The notes under the pieces: model-generated
Told to the model about the DNA's origin: nothing
What the model saw: only the letters and a program-made list of their open reading frames with translations
The model's database searches: none
Shown: positions 10,057-19,168 of the stretch, piece after piece
Layout of the letters: each line of letters starts with the position of its first letter
Position numbering within the stretch: the first letter of the stretch is position 1
NCBI GenBank assembly: GCA_002269645.1
Contig: NIVC01005153.1
Location: 1-24,604 of the forward strand
DNA length: 24,604 nucleotides
Direction: 5' to 3'
Source of the DNA: Macrostomum lignano
Lineage: Eukaryota
Made by a program: the position numbers and the translations under genes

Positions 10057-10993
10057 TTAACCCGTAGTGGGCAGGTTCGCAGAGGAGGCGTCGGCGACCC
10101 TCATCCAGTCGGTATCTCGAACGAAAACGCGAAGGTCAAGGATGTTTTCCGGGCTGGTCAGCTCGCACGAATGTTTGTGCCGCGCCTTATTGAAGTAACG
10201 GGCAGAAGGTGACGCGATGCTCTGCAGTCTCCTCTTCTATGCTCTCCTATGGCAATCGGTTTGCAACGAGATATGTCTCTGGAAGAATACATGGCCGGTT
10301 ATGACCATGCACAGCTCCCTGAGGTCGATTATTTTAAGTGAGCTCCTGTGTACCTGTAGTCGGTGCAAATTTTCCAGTGGAGCTGGTGCTGCTAGTGAAG
10401 CCACCTGTAATTGATTTTCAGGTTATTTTCAACCTAGGTCTAGGCCTCATCAGACGGTGGTTGCCGTCTGGGTTGCTGCCCCTCCTTGGCGAGAGAATCC
10501 GCGAGTTCGTTACCCAGGATGTTGCTGTGACCGGGTGTCAGGCGATTCTAATCCTATTAAAAACAGAGAGATTGCACACTGCGGCAGAGGAACTTTTTCG
10601 GTGGTTAAAGCCTTGACAGTGGTTTGGCTATCAGTGTAAAAATGGATATTGAAATTCCCAACTTTCGCCTGGACAGCTGCTGGGCACACTGCTCAATGGC
10701 GCAGATTTCGGCTTGGAAAACCGAGGTATTCTCACCGAGGTGCAGACTTTCCGGAAAGAGCATCTTACCTTCTTGGAAGCTAGCAATACCTGCTCCAGCG
10801 TGGCCGTTAAATAGCGAGCCGTCAGTGAAGCAGTGGTTCACACCGAAATCCCGCGGAATGCTGTCACGACCAGGGATGGCGGCCTGGAAGCCCCTCCTGA
10901 TGTTGAAAGTGGAGGGGCGACTATCCTCATCGCCCGGGTCGCTGTGGACGTTGATAAGGTCGCGACGGACGGGATCACAATACTCGTACTTTC
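10057..10993 (-). mobile_element. Degenerate 3' end of a non-LTR retrotransposon ORF2 (RNase H plus C-terminal Zn-knuckle region)
   Basis: Motifs in order across frameshifts: FTDGS (10815-10829), [22 protein letters not shown] (10624-10638), PGHSNILGNELADSLAKEG (about 10479-10535), [11 protein letters not shown] (about 10291-10320), C...EEETAEHRVTFCP (about 10199-10237), and a stop at 10057-10059. This arrangement is typical of RNase H-bearing LINEs (I/R1/Loa-type groups). Confidence 0.85.
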
Positions 10994-11352
10994 ATGCCAT
11001 TATTCATCCATGGGAAACAGACAGAAAGAGAAAGACTCAGTAAAGTGGCTGGCATAGAGTTGGAGTTTCTCTTATCATCTGCTCGCTCAGCTCGTGTGTT
11101 GCCTGCTGATGCCCCAAGTTTGCGTACGTCACGCTTCCTGTTTCCAGTTACTTTGCTTGCTTGCTTGACTTTAAATCGTTAAATTAATCGGTTAAATATT
11201 GCAAGGAAATTTAAATAAATCCTTTGAAACTTTTTAAATGTCGCCCAGTGTCTATGGAGCGGCCAAGTGAAGGAGAAATGTAGAGCCATGGATGAAGGAA
11301 TTACAAGGATTGCACCCGCCAATAGCGCTAGTACGGGAGGAAGTTCCAGAAC

Positions 11353-11886
11353 GGTAAGCGCCACAGTGTCTTGGTGAGCGCCAGTGTGTCTTGGTAAGCG
11401 CCACAGTGTCTTGGTGAGCGCCCCTGTGTCTTGGTAAGCGCCACAGTGTCTTGGTGAGCGCCCCTGTGTCTTGGTAAGCGCCACAGTGTCTTGGTGAGCG
11501 CCCCTGTGTCTTAGTAAGCTGCGCCCCTGTGTCTTTGTGAGCGCTCCTGTGTCTTAGTAAGCGCCCCTGTGTCTTGGTAAGCGCCCCTGTGTCTTGGTGA
11601 GCGCCCCTGTGTCTTAGTAAGCTGCGCCCCTGTGTCTTTGTGAGCGCTCCTGTGTCTTAGTAAGCGCCCCTGTGTCTTGGTAAGCGCCCCTGTGTCTTGG
11701 TAAGCTGCGCCCCTGTGTCTTGGTGAGCGCTCCTGTGTCTTGGCAAGCGCCCCTGTGTCTTAGTGAGCGTCCCTGTGTCTTAGTGAGCGTCCCTGTCTTG
11801 GTAAGCTGCGCCCCTGTGTCTTGGTAAGCTGCGCCCCTGTGTCTTGGTGAGCGCCCCTGTGTCTTGGTGAGCGCCCCTGTCTCTTA
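11353..11886. repeat. Minisatellite, 20-bp unit (consensus GCGCCCCTGTGTCTTGGTAA) with 23-bp variants
   Basis: About 26 tandem units read directly. A 103-bp five-unit block is duplicated (ttagtaagct at 11511 and 11614). Confidence 0.95.
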
Positions 11887-12209
11887 GGCCGGTAAATGAT
11901 CCAAGCGATGGCATTCATAAAAAACACTACATTAGTTTTCCTGGCCACAATTTGGATGGAAGAATCATCCGCATAAAAGCTTGTTTAAATACATGCAGCG
12001 TATGGGTTATAATGAGCTGTCATGCCTCATTCTGCCGGTACCCATAACCGTTTCATGATTAATGCCGATCGCGAACTCTTCCCTCTAGCCCAGGGCTGCC
12101 TATTTAAAATTATTCAGACACTCTGGGGAGTCGCCTGCAGGGCCGACAGGTTTCTCCGGTGTGGCAAAATATGATGAGGTGAATAGAAGAAGGTGATAGA
12201 AGGTGAATA

Positions 12210-12524
12210 GACTGACTGACTGACTGACTGACTGACTGACTGACTGACTGACTGACTGACTGACTGACTGACTGACTGACTGACTGACTGACTGACTGAC
12301 TGACTGACTGACTGACTGACTGACTGACTGACTGACTGACTGACTGACTGACTGACTGACTGACTGACTGACTGACTGACTGACTGACTGACTGACTGAC
12401 TGACTGACTGACTGACTGACTGACTGACTGACTGACTGACTGACTGACTGACTGACTGACTGACTGACTGACTGACTGACTGACTGACTGACTGACTGAC
12501 TGACTGACTGACTGACTGACTGAC
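12210..12524. repeat. (GACT)n tetranucleotide microsatellite, 315 bp, about 79 units
   Basis: Uninterrupted GACT run read directly. Confidence 0.98.
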
Positions 12525-12834
12525 CAAAACTCCTAACCTAGTACCATTGCTAAAGAAGATTGAAAAGTAGTAAAAAAAATCACAAAAGACAGACAATTGT
12601 GAAGCTTTTTCTCATAAAACCATTTTTCTTTGAATTTGTTACACAGTAAAGGTTTAACAAAGGCTCACCAGTACCAAAAATCAACAGGAACTCCCCGAAA
12701 AAAGGAATAAATTGGTCATGCACAAAATAGCAAGATTTTCATACTTTCAACTGCCAATACAAGTACTCCTAAGTCAGTAGTAACGCGCGAACGTTTAATA
12801 CATCGTATCTCTGAATTCGGTCGATCGGATTCGC

Positions 12835-14475
12835 TCAGGCGTCCTCGCCATCAGCGTTCAGGTAGTCCTCTGGTGGCGGGCGTGGGTCGAAAATTGGCGG
12901 CCTGCGAACCTCCCCAGGCAGGGAAGATGCGTCGCGTCTCTCGCGCAAAAACCGCCTCAGCCGAATCCAAATCGACTCTTGCCGGGCGCCGCCGCGTCTT
13001 CCAATATTTGGAGACACCAGCGGGTCGCGCAGATCGTCGACGCTGCTAGCCGCACTGCTGGCGCCGGAGAATACCAGCTGAGGAGGCTCCTGCGATGGCG
13101 CCCCGGCGCTGAGTGCCGATGCCTGACGACGGCGTCTTTTAACGAAAGCGACGGCGATGCCAAACACGACAGAAATCAATACTAAGCCGGCGCCGCAGCT
13201 GGCCAAGATGATCACATTCCGGCGAGTGAAAAATCCGACACATTCAGAGAGGCCATCGAACTGAGTCAGGCGGGCGCCAAGGGCGAGTGGCGGACCAGTG
13301 CAAGTCAAGCTGTCGGCTCCGCCAACGATTTTCGCCCGGACTGCCGGGCTGTCGCGCAGCAGCTGCCAAAGCCAATAGAGTGAGCAGTCGCATTCAAGCG
13401 AAGCGTTTGTCAGGCTGAGTTGTTTGAAGTTCTTGCTGTCAGTCAATAGACGCAACGGATTAGTGTCTGAGCCATTGCGACCGCCAACCGTGGTAATCGG
13501 GGTGAAGCTGAGGTCCAGCGCGTGCAGTTGCCGCAGCTGGTTGAGACAGTTTCCATTCCAGCCCCGAATTCCCGTTCTATTCAGGTAAAGAAGGCGCAAA
13601 TTCGGAGCCAGAGCCAAGGCTTCCGTGTGCAGCTCGATGAAATTTGAACTTGCATCCAGCATGAGAACCTGCAGTGATTTGGAGCAGTTTAAAAGAGCTG
13701 TGCTAACCGCCCCCAGCTGGCGGGAGTGTCGCAGATTCAGCGTTGCCAGCAGCGATAGACACGAGCCGCCGACGAGACCCTCCAGAACGGGCTGCGGCAG
13801 CGAGTTCTGGCCCAGGTCCAGCGACTGCAGACGGTGGGACAAGCAGGCCAAAGATCCGGGCTGAGCACTTTTCAGCTTTAGTTGGTTTAGTTTGAGCGAA
13901 AGCAGCTGCGGATGTGGCGGTTTTGCAACTTCATGCTCAGGTAGACCGGCGAGGCTGCATAGGGTTGAGTTATCGATCGATTCGTACGGATTATTCGACA
14001 GGGTCAGTCGGCTGAGCTTTAGACAGTGACTGTAGTCTTCCGGAAATTTGCTGGATAGCTGGTTACTGCCCAGATGCAGATGCTTCAAAGCAGGCAGCTG
14101 GCTGCAGAGCAGGTCCGGAGGCTTCTTCAGTTGGTTCTGCGATAACGTGAGCTCTTCTAGCAACGGCATACCGGTTAGCCATGAGCTGTTCCAGGTGCTA
14201 ATATGATTGTTACTCAGCTGCAAATTCTTCAGATTCGTCAGATCCACTAAGCCACCAAGGTCACTTAGTAAGTTGTTGCTCAGGTCGAGATAAACTACAT
14301 CGACTGGCAGGTCAGAAGGTGTGCCATTTAACTTCAGATTGGCACAGTCAACCAGTTTTGTAGCGTTGACGCACCGGCATTTGTACTTGCCTTGTTCACT
14401 GGGACAGTTGAACGCTTCAGTAAGAGGACCCGTTGAGAAGACGAGCAGAAAAGCGAGATGAAAGGCCAACGCCAT
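12835..14475 (-). CDS. Single-exon leucine-rich-repeat type-I transmembrane protein (signal peptide, LRRNT, about 11-12 LRRs, LRRCT, TM, Pro-rich tail, no TIR)
   Basis: Signal-like MALAFHLAFLLVFSTGPLTEA from the ATG at 14475 (an in-frame ATG also exists at 14541). LRRNT CPSEQGKYKCRC..VDC; repeats such as LDLSNNLLSDL, LQLSNNHISTW, LTLSQNQL and LHLGSNQL; LRRCT LECDCSLYWL...LTCTGP; TM VIILASCGAGLVLISVVFGIAVAFV followed by the KRRRR stop-transfer. Confidence 0.9.
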   Translation of the reverse strand: MALAFHLAFLLVFSTGPLTEAFNCPSEQGKYKCRCVNATKLVDCANLKLNGTPSDLPVDVVYLDLSNNLLSDLGGLVDLTNLKNLQLSNNHISTWNSSWLTGMPLLEELTLSQNQLKKPPDLLCSQLPALKHLHLGSNQLSSKFPEDYSHCLKLSRLTLSNNPYESIDNSTLCSLAGLPEHEVAKPPHPQLLSLKLNQLKLKSAQPGSLACLSHRLQSLDLGQNSLPQPVLEGLVGGSCLSLLATLNLRHSRQLGAVSTALLNCSKSLQVLMLDASSNFIELHTEALALAPNLRLLYLNRTGIRGWNGNCLNQLRQLHALDLSFTPITTVGGRNGSDTNPLRLLTDSKNFKQLSLTNASLECDCSLYWLWQLLRDSPAVRAKIVGGADSLTCTGPPLALGARLTQFDGLSECVGFFTRRNVIILASCGAGLVLISVVFGIAVAFVKRRRRQASALSAGAPSQEPPQLVFSGASSAASSVDDLRDPLVSPNIGRRGGARQESIWIRLRRFLRERRDASSLPGEVRRPPIFDPRPPPEDYLNADGEDA

Positions 14476-14789
14476 GTCGAGACCGTGTGTTCTTACTGTT
14501 TGATACGCGTTCTGTTTTAACTTCGTCTGCGTTGAAAGCATACACTTCTATGGATTAAGGAGCAAGTACGGTCTGTTGTTAAATGCACAGGAGGCGGGGT
14601 GGGGTAGCGAGACGAAAAAGAGAGGACAAGAGAAGGGAGGGAATCGATAGTAGCGGGGGAAAGAGATTCCGAACACTTGTCTTCTTCAGTCATACAATAT
14701 ACACTCACGGACAGCTGTACATTTTCTTGCCCCAGCAATGCGGGTTCTGAGAGTACGCGGTTATGAGAGTGTTCTTTCTATCAGTTTAT

Positions 14790-14883
14790 GGCCGCCCGTT
14801 AGAGGAGCCCATCCCACGCTAAAAATAGCCCGTTAGCGGGGTCCGCCCCACGGTGGGGTGGGCTTCCTTAGCGCGGGCCAGCC
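14790..14883 (+). repeat. About 95-bp imperfect palindromic element, copy A
   Basis: Contains ...GGAGCCCATCCCACGCTAAAAATAGCCCGTTAGCGGGG...GTGGGGTGGGCTTCCTTAGCG..., the reverse complement of copy B with scattered mismatches. Confidence 0.8.
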
Positions 14884-15149
14884 TACAATGTTTAGGATAT
14901 GCCATTGTGGGGCTGTGAAGAAGCAGACGCCAGAAGTTGACTCGCATTGGTTGGCAAGATACATGGCACTAATTCAAAAAAGAAAAAAAATTCGGCTTTT
15001 TGGCATTGCGTGAGCGTTAATTGCATTGGCCTTGCCAGGGCGCTAAAATGTGCCCATGCCCAAAGGCTGAAATTGGCGCAGCAATATTGAAATTGGCGCC
15101 AGAAAGTAGCAAGCTGATGCATGCTGCCACTTCTGCGCCCATTGGCACA

Positions 15150-16565
15150 TTCCAGCGCTGATTTAGGGATCCTGACGACGATTTGGGGACCCTGGCGCCA
15201 AATTAGGCTTTCCGTGCCGATTCGAGCCTTCCCGCGCCAATTTGAGCTTTCCTGTGCCAATTTGAGCTTTCCGCGCCAATTTGAGCTTCCCAGGCTGGTT
15301 TGGGCCTTCTGGAGCTGATTTAGGGATCCTGGCGCTGATTTGGGGATCCTGGCGAAAAATTTGGCTTCCGGCGCCAATTCGAGCCTTCCCACGCCAATTT
15401 AGGCTTTCCAGCGCCGATTTCAGCTTTCCAGCGCTGGTTTGGCCCTTTTGGCGCTGATTTAGGGATCCTGGCGCTGATTTAGGGATCCTTGCGCCGATTT
15501 GGGGATCCTGGCGCCAATGCCAATTTGAGCTTTCCAGCGCCAATTTGAGCTTCCCCGGGCTGTTTTGGGCCTTCTAGAGCTGATTTTGGGATTCTGGCGC
15601 TGATTTGGGGATCCTGGCGCCTAATTTGGCTTCCGGCGCCAATTCGAGCCTTCCCGCGTCAATTTGAGCTTTCCAGCACCGATTTGAGCTTTTCAGGGCT
15701 GGTTTGGGCCTTCTCGAGCTGATTTCAGCATTCCTGGCGCCGATTTGGGGATCCTGGAGAAAAATTTGGCTTCCGGCGCCAATTCGAGCTTTCCCGCGCC
15801 GATTTGAGCTTTCCTATGCTGGTTTGGGCCTTTTGCGCTGATACAGCGTTCTGGCGCTGATTTAGGGATCCTGGCGCTGCTTTGAGGATCCTGGAGCCAA
15901 ATTCGGCTTCCGGCGCCAATTCGAGCCTTCCCGCGCCAATTTGAGCTTTCCAGCGCCGATTTCAGCTTTCCAGCGCTGGTTTGGCCCTTTTGGCGCTGAT
16001 TTAGGGATCCTGGCGCTGATTTAGGGATCCTGGCGCCGATTTGGGGATCCTGGCGCCAATGCCAATTTGAGCTTTCCAGCGCCAATTTGAGCTTCCCCGG
16101 GCTGTTTTGGGCCTTCTAGAGCTGATTTTGGGATTCTGGCGCTGATTTGGGGATCCTGGCGCCTAATTTGGCTTCCGGCGCCAATTCGAGCCTTCCCGCG
16201 TCAATTTGAGCTTTCCAGCACCGATTTGAGTTTTTCAGGGCTGGTTTGGCCCTTTTGGCGCTGATTTAGGGATCCTGGCGCTGATTTAGGGATCCTGGCG
16301 CTGATTTAGGGATCCTGGCGCTGATTTAGGGATCCTGGCGCTGATTTAGGGATCCTGGCGCTGATTTAGGGATCCTGGCGCTGATTTAGGGATCCTGGCG
16401 CTGATTTAGGGATCCTGGCGCTGATTTAGGGATCCTGGCGCTGATTTAGGGATCCTGGCGCTGATTTAGGGATCCTGGCGCTGATTTAGGGATCCTGGCG
16501 CTGATTTAGGGATCCTGGCGCTGGAAATTTTCCGGCGCAAATTTGAGCTTTTCAGCGCTGGTTTG
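15150..16565. repeat. Complex GC-rich satellite: about 20-bp GCGCC/GCGCT-anchored units, about 140-bp cycle, 542-bp higher-order duplication, ending in 13 identical 20-mers
   Basis: The anchor GGCTTCCGGCGCC recurs at 15363, 15628, 15768, 15905 and 16170. Segment 15363-15700 is near-identical to 15905-16242. (GGCGCTGATTTAGGGATCCT)13 lies at 16257-16516. Confidence 0.95.
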
Positions 16566-16939
16566 AGCTTTTTAGGCATGGCATCAGGGATCGCACTGAT
16601 TTATATCAATTTGACACTATAAAAGTCAAAAGTGTCATTTTTGGACTTGTTATTGATTGTTGTTGATTGTTGATTGTTTTGTTATTCATTATTTGTCAAT
16701 AAAGTATACTCTATTTAGATCACTATTTGCTGAGAGTTTATTAAGCCATTGAATAGGCCGACCCCCACTCAACTAAATCCACCCCTGAATGTGATCCCAC
16801 ATCTGAAGACCTGAATGTGAAAGAATGTTTGATGTTTGAATATCTAAATGTTTGATAGACTTCCAGCTATCATAGAACCGAGAGAAGCTCATTATTAATC
16901 TCAATCCCCGATTCTTAATGATTCTAATACTAATAACTG

Positions 16940-17745
16940 ATAACTGATAACTGATTCTTCATGTGGAATCCGAATCCACGATTCTTAATTCCCTATCCCT
17001 GCTTCCTCATGTTGGAATCCGAATCCCCGATTCTTAATTCCCTATCCCTGCTTCCTCATGTTGGAATCCGAATCCCCGATTCTTAATTCCATATCCCTGA
17101 TTCCTCCTGTTGGAATCCGAATCCCCGATTCTTAATTCCCTTTCCCAGATTCCTTATGTTGGAATCCGAATCCACGATTCTTAATTCCCTATCCCTGATT
17201 CCTAATGTTGGAATCCGAATCCCCGATTCTTAATTCCATATCCCTGATTCCTCCTGTTGGAATCCGAATCCCCGATTCTTAATTCCCTTTCCCAGATAGG
17301 GCATATGGCACCTTCTGCGAGAAACTTGAAAGACTGGGTCGGCTATAATAATTCATAAGGCAGAGAGGAGCTTATGGCACCTTTTTATAAATTTTTGAAA
17401 GACTGCCAGCTTTCATAGAACCGAGAGAAGCTCATTTTTTTAAACTCAATCCCCGATTCTTAATTCCCTATCCCTGATTCCTAATGTTGGAATCCAAATC
17501 CCCGATTCTTAATTCCATATCCCTGATTCCTCATGCTGGAATCCGAATCCACTATTCCTAATCCCCTATCCCTGATTCCTCATGCTGGAATCCGAATCCA
17601 CTATTCCTAATCCCCTATCCCTGATTCCTCATGCTGGAATCCGAATCCACTATTCCTAATCCCCTATCCCTGATTCCTCATGCTGGAATCCGAATCCACT
17701 ATTCCTAATCCCCTATTCCTGATTCCTCATGCTGGAATCGGAATC
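16940..17745. repeat. 49-bp satellite built of seven 7-bp subunits (GGAATCC GAATCCC CGATTCT TAATTCC CTATCCC TGATTCC TCATGTT), in two blocks
   Basis: GGAATC starts at 16965, 17014, 17063, 17112, 17161, 17210 and 17259, then at 17489, 17538, 17587, 17636, 17685 and 17734, with exact 49-bp spacing within each block. Confidence 0.95.
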
Positions 17746-17891
17746 AGAAAAACTGGCCTTCTAAACTTTTTGCACAAATTTGGAGTTGTGCGTCCTGTTA
17801 GTCTAGAAGTCCTTGCAGTGCTAGTACGCTAGTACTCACTAGCGTTCCACACTCACCCCACACCCAACCCCACCTCTCCCTCCACGCTCGC

Positions 17892-17985
17892 GGGCTGGCC
17901 CCGCTAAGGGAGTCCATCCCACCGTGGGCTGGGTCCTGTTAACGGGCTATTTTTAGCGTGGGATGGACTCCGCTAGCGGCGGGCC
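17892..17985 (-). repeat. About 95-bp palindromic element, copy B (inverted relative to A)
   Basis: Internal stem GGAGTCCATCCCAC / GTGGGATGGACTCC is a perfect 14-bp inverted pair. The loop core AACGGGCTATTTTTAGCGTGGGATGG is the exact reverse complement of CCATCCCACGCTAAAAATAGCCCGTT in copy A. Confidence 0.8.
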
Positions 17986-18058
17986 GTTAGGTGTTCGGCC
18001 GAGGGGAGGGCGGCCGCCCCTTGTGGCTGGTTATGATGGCGTCCCTTTTCCTTTGCCC

Positions 18059-18093
18059 TATAAAAGAGCCTCACCGCCATCAGATTGCTCAGT
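18059..18093 (+). promoter_or_regulatory. Possible TATA box plus initiator core promoter
   Basis: TATAAAA at 18059-18065 and TCAGT at 18089-18093, putting the TATA start 32 nt upstream of the Inr A. No substantial downstream ORF follows. Confidence 0.25.
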
Positions 18094-18520
18094 ATGGCCA
18101 CCCCTCTAGTGTATTATGGCGCCCCCACTCTAATGGTTAACCCCCCCCCTTACGCTCGTATTTTATATTTTTAAATCCGCCTCTGTGTACATGTATTGTG
18201 TTATTGATTTTCTCCTATTCAGAACTCTATAAAAACGGTTTTGCTATTGTTACGAGCTAATACATGTTTTTCTCTCGGGATTCCAAATTCTGAAGTAATA
18301 TTTTTTCAGTCAAGATATTCCTTCAATACTACTTCAACTAGTTGGCATTGAGAAGGCGTATCAGCTTCAAATTCGATTAAACATATTTTTATCGAAAAAA
18401 AATTGCCAATTGTACTTTTAGTTAGCCAGACAACTGAACAGAATTGAAGACCAGAGAAAGCTACTTCAAGCAAATTCTGGCAGTGGCTCATCTGTCACGA
18501 ACAGGTGGCAGCTTAAATTA

Positions 18521-19168
18521 CGAGGGCTATTCAAAAAGTTTTGGCAACAGGCTACTGAAATCTAGTGCAAGCTCATTATTCTAAAAGTAAGGGCTTACAG
18601 TCCTTCTGTAAACCTTACAGAAGTAAGGTTCTAAAGGTAAGGTCCTTAGTCTCCGCTCTATGCACTTCTGAATCAAAGGCGTCGCGGTACTCCGATTCAG
18701 TGAATGCCCTCAACTCTGAATTGATAGCGCGCACCAGGTCTTGCGGCCTTTGAAATTGGCGCCCAGCCAGCCTCCCAGATCGAGGGTCGTCACAGAGGCT
18801 GCTCCTACCGGCGCCAAAAGCCTCAATCCATCGCGCAACGGTGCGATAAGATGGAGCTTGATCCCCTATCACCTGTGCTAAGTCGGCATGGATTTTGGTG
18901 GCATTTTCTCCAAGTTGTGCGCGTATGAAGATGAAGAAGCGCGTGTTCTCTGAGCTGATATTTTCCATATTTTGTCAGAAGCTGAAACGTAGGTACGCTC
19001 GTATGGTTAGGTGTGAATTGTGCAATAATGGGTGAAGCTATTGAGCTGAAAATTTATATGGTGGTCTCAGGCATGTTACTAAAAATATTCCTAAAATATA
19101 TAGTGTGTTTTGCTTGAGCCAAAGTATATCTGCATATGCAGTTGCCAAAACTTTTTGAATGCCCCTCG
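18521..19168 (-). mobile_element. Internally deleted, non-autonomous mariner (Tc1/mariner) element, 648 bp, TA target-site duplication
   Basis: 28-bp TIRs CGAGGGCTATTCAAAAAGTTTTGGCAAC (18521-18548) and GTTGCCAAAACTTTTTGAATGCCCCTCG (19141-19168) match at 26/28. TA flanks lie at 18519-18520 and 19169-19170. Confidence 0.95.
18615..18968 (-). CDS. Truncated mariner transposase: N-terminal HTH fused in frame to a C-terminal remnant, catalytic DDD core absent
   Basis: RFFIFIRAQLGENATKIHADLAQVIGDQAPSYRTVARWIEAFGAGRSSLCDDPRSGR is the mariner N-terminal HTH. It is followed directly by GRQF...DLVRAINSEL...YRDAF, which is mariner C-terminal-like. Confidence 0.85.
   Translation of the reverse strand: MENISSENTRFFIFIRAQLGENATKIHADLAQVIGDQAPSYRTVARWIEAFGAGRSSLCDDPRSGRLAGRQFQRPQDLVRAINSELRAFTESEYRDAFDSEVHRAETKDLTFRTLLL

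Noticed and set aside
11179-11948. ORFs 11179-11484 and 11760-11948
   Set aside because: They derive from the 20-bp minisatellite.
12114-12596. 160-aa ORF with VSQS repeats
   Set aside because: It is the translation of the (GACT)n microsatellite, which lacks stops in that frame.
12850-12890. PPxY (WW-binding) motif in the LRR tail
   Set aside because: The sequence is PPPEDY, which does not fit PPxY spacing.
14892-16085. Several ORFs with RQDPQ/KSAP repeats
   Set aside because: They are read-outs of the GC-rich satellite, and the duplicated N-termini simply mirror the 542-bp repeat.
16257-17745. CRISPR-like appearance of the regular 20-bp and 49-bp arrays
   Set aside because: They are head-to-tail tandem repeats with no unique spacers and no cas genes, in a eukaryotic context.
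18171-18185. TTAAATCCGCCTCTG resembling a MITE terminal repeat
   Set aside because: No matching partner terminus was found in the window.
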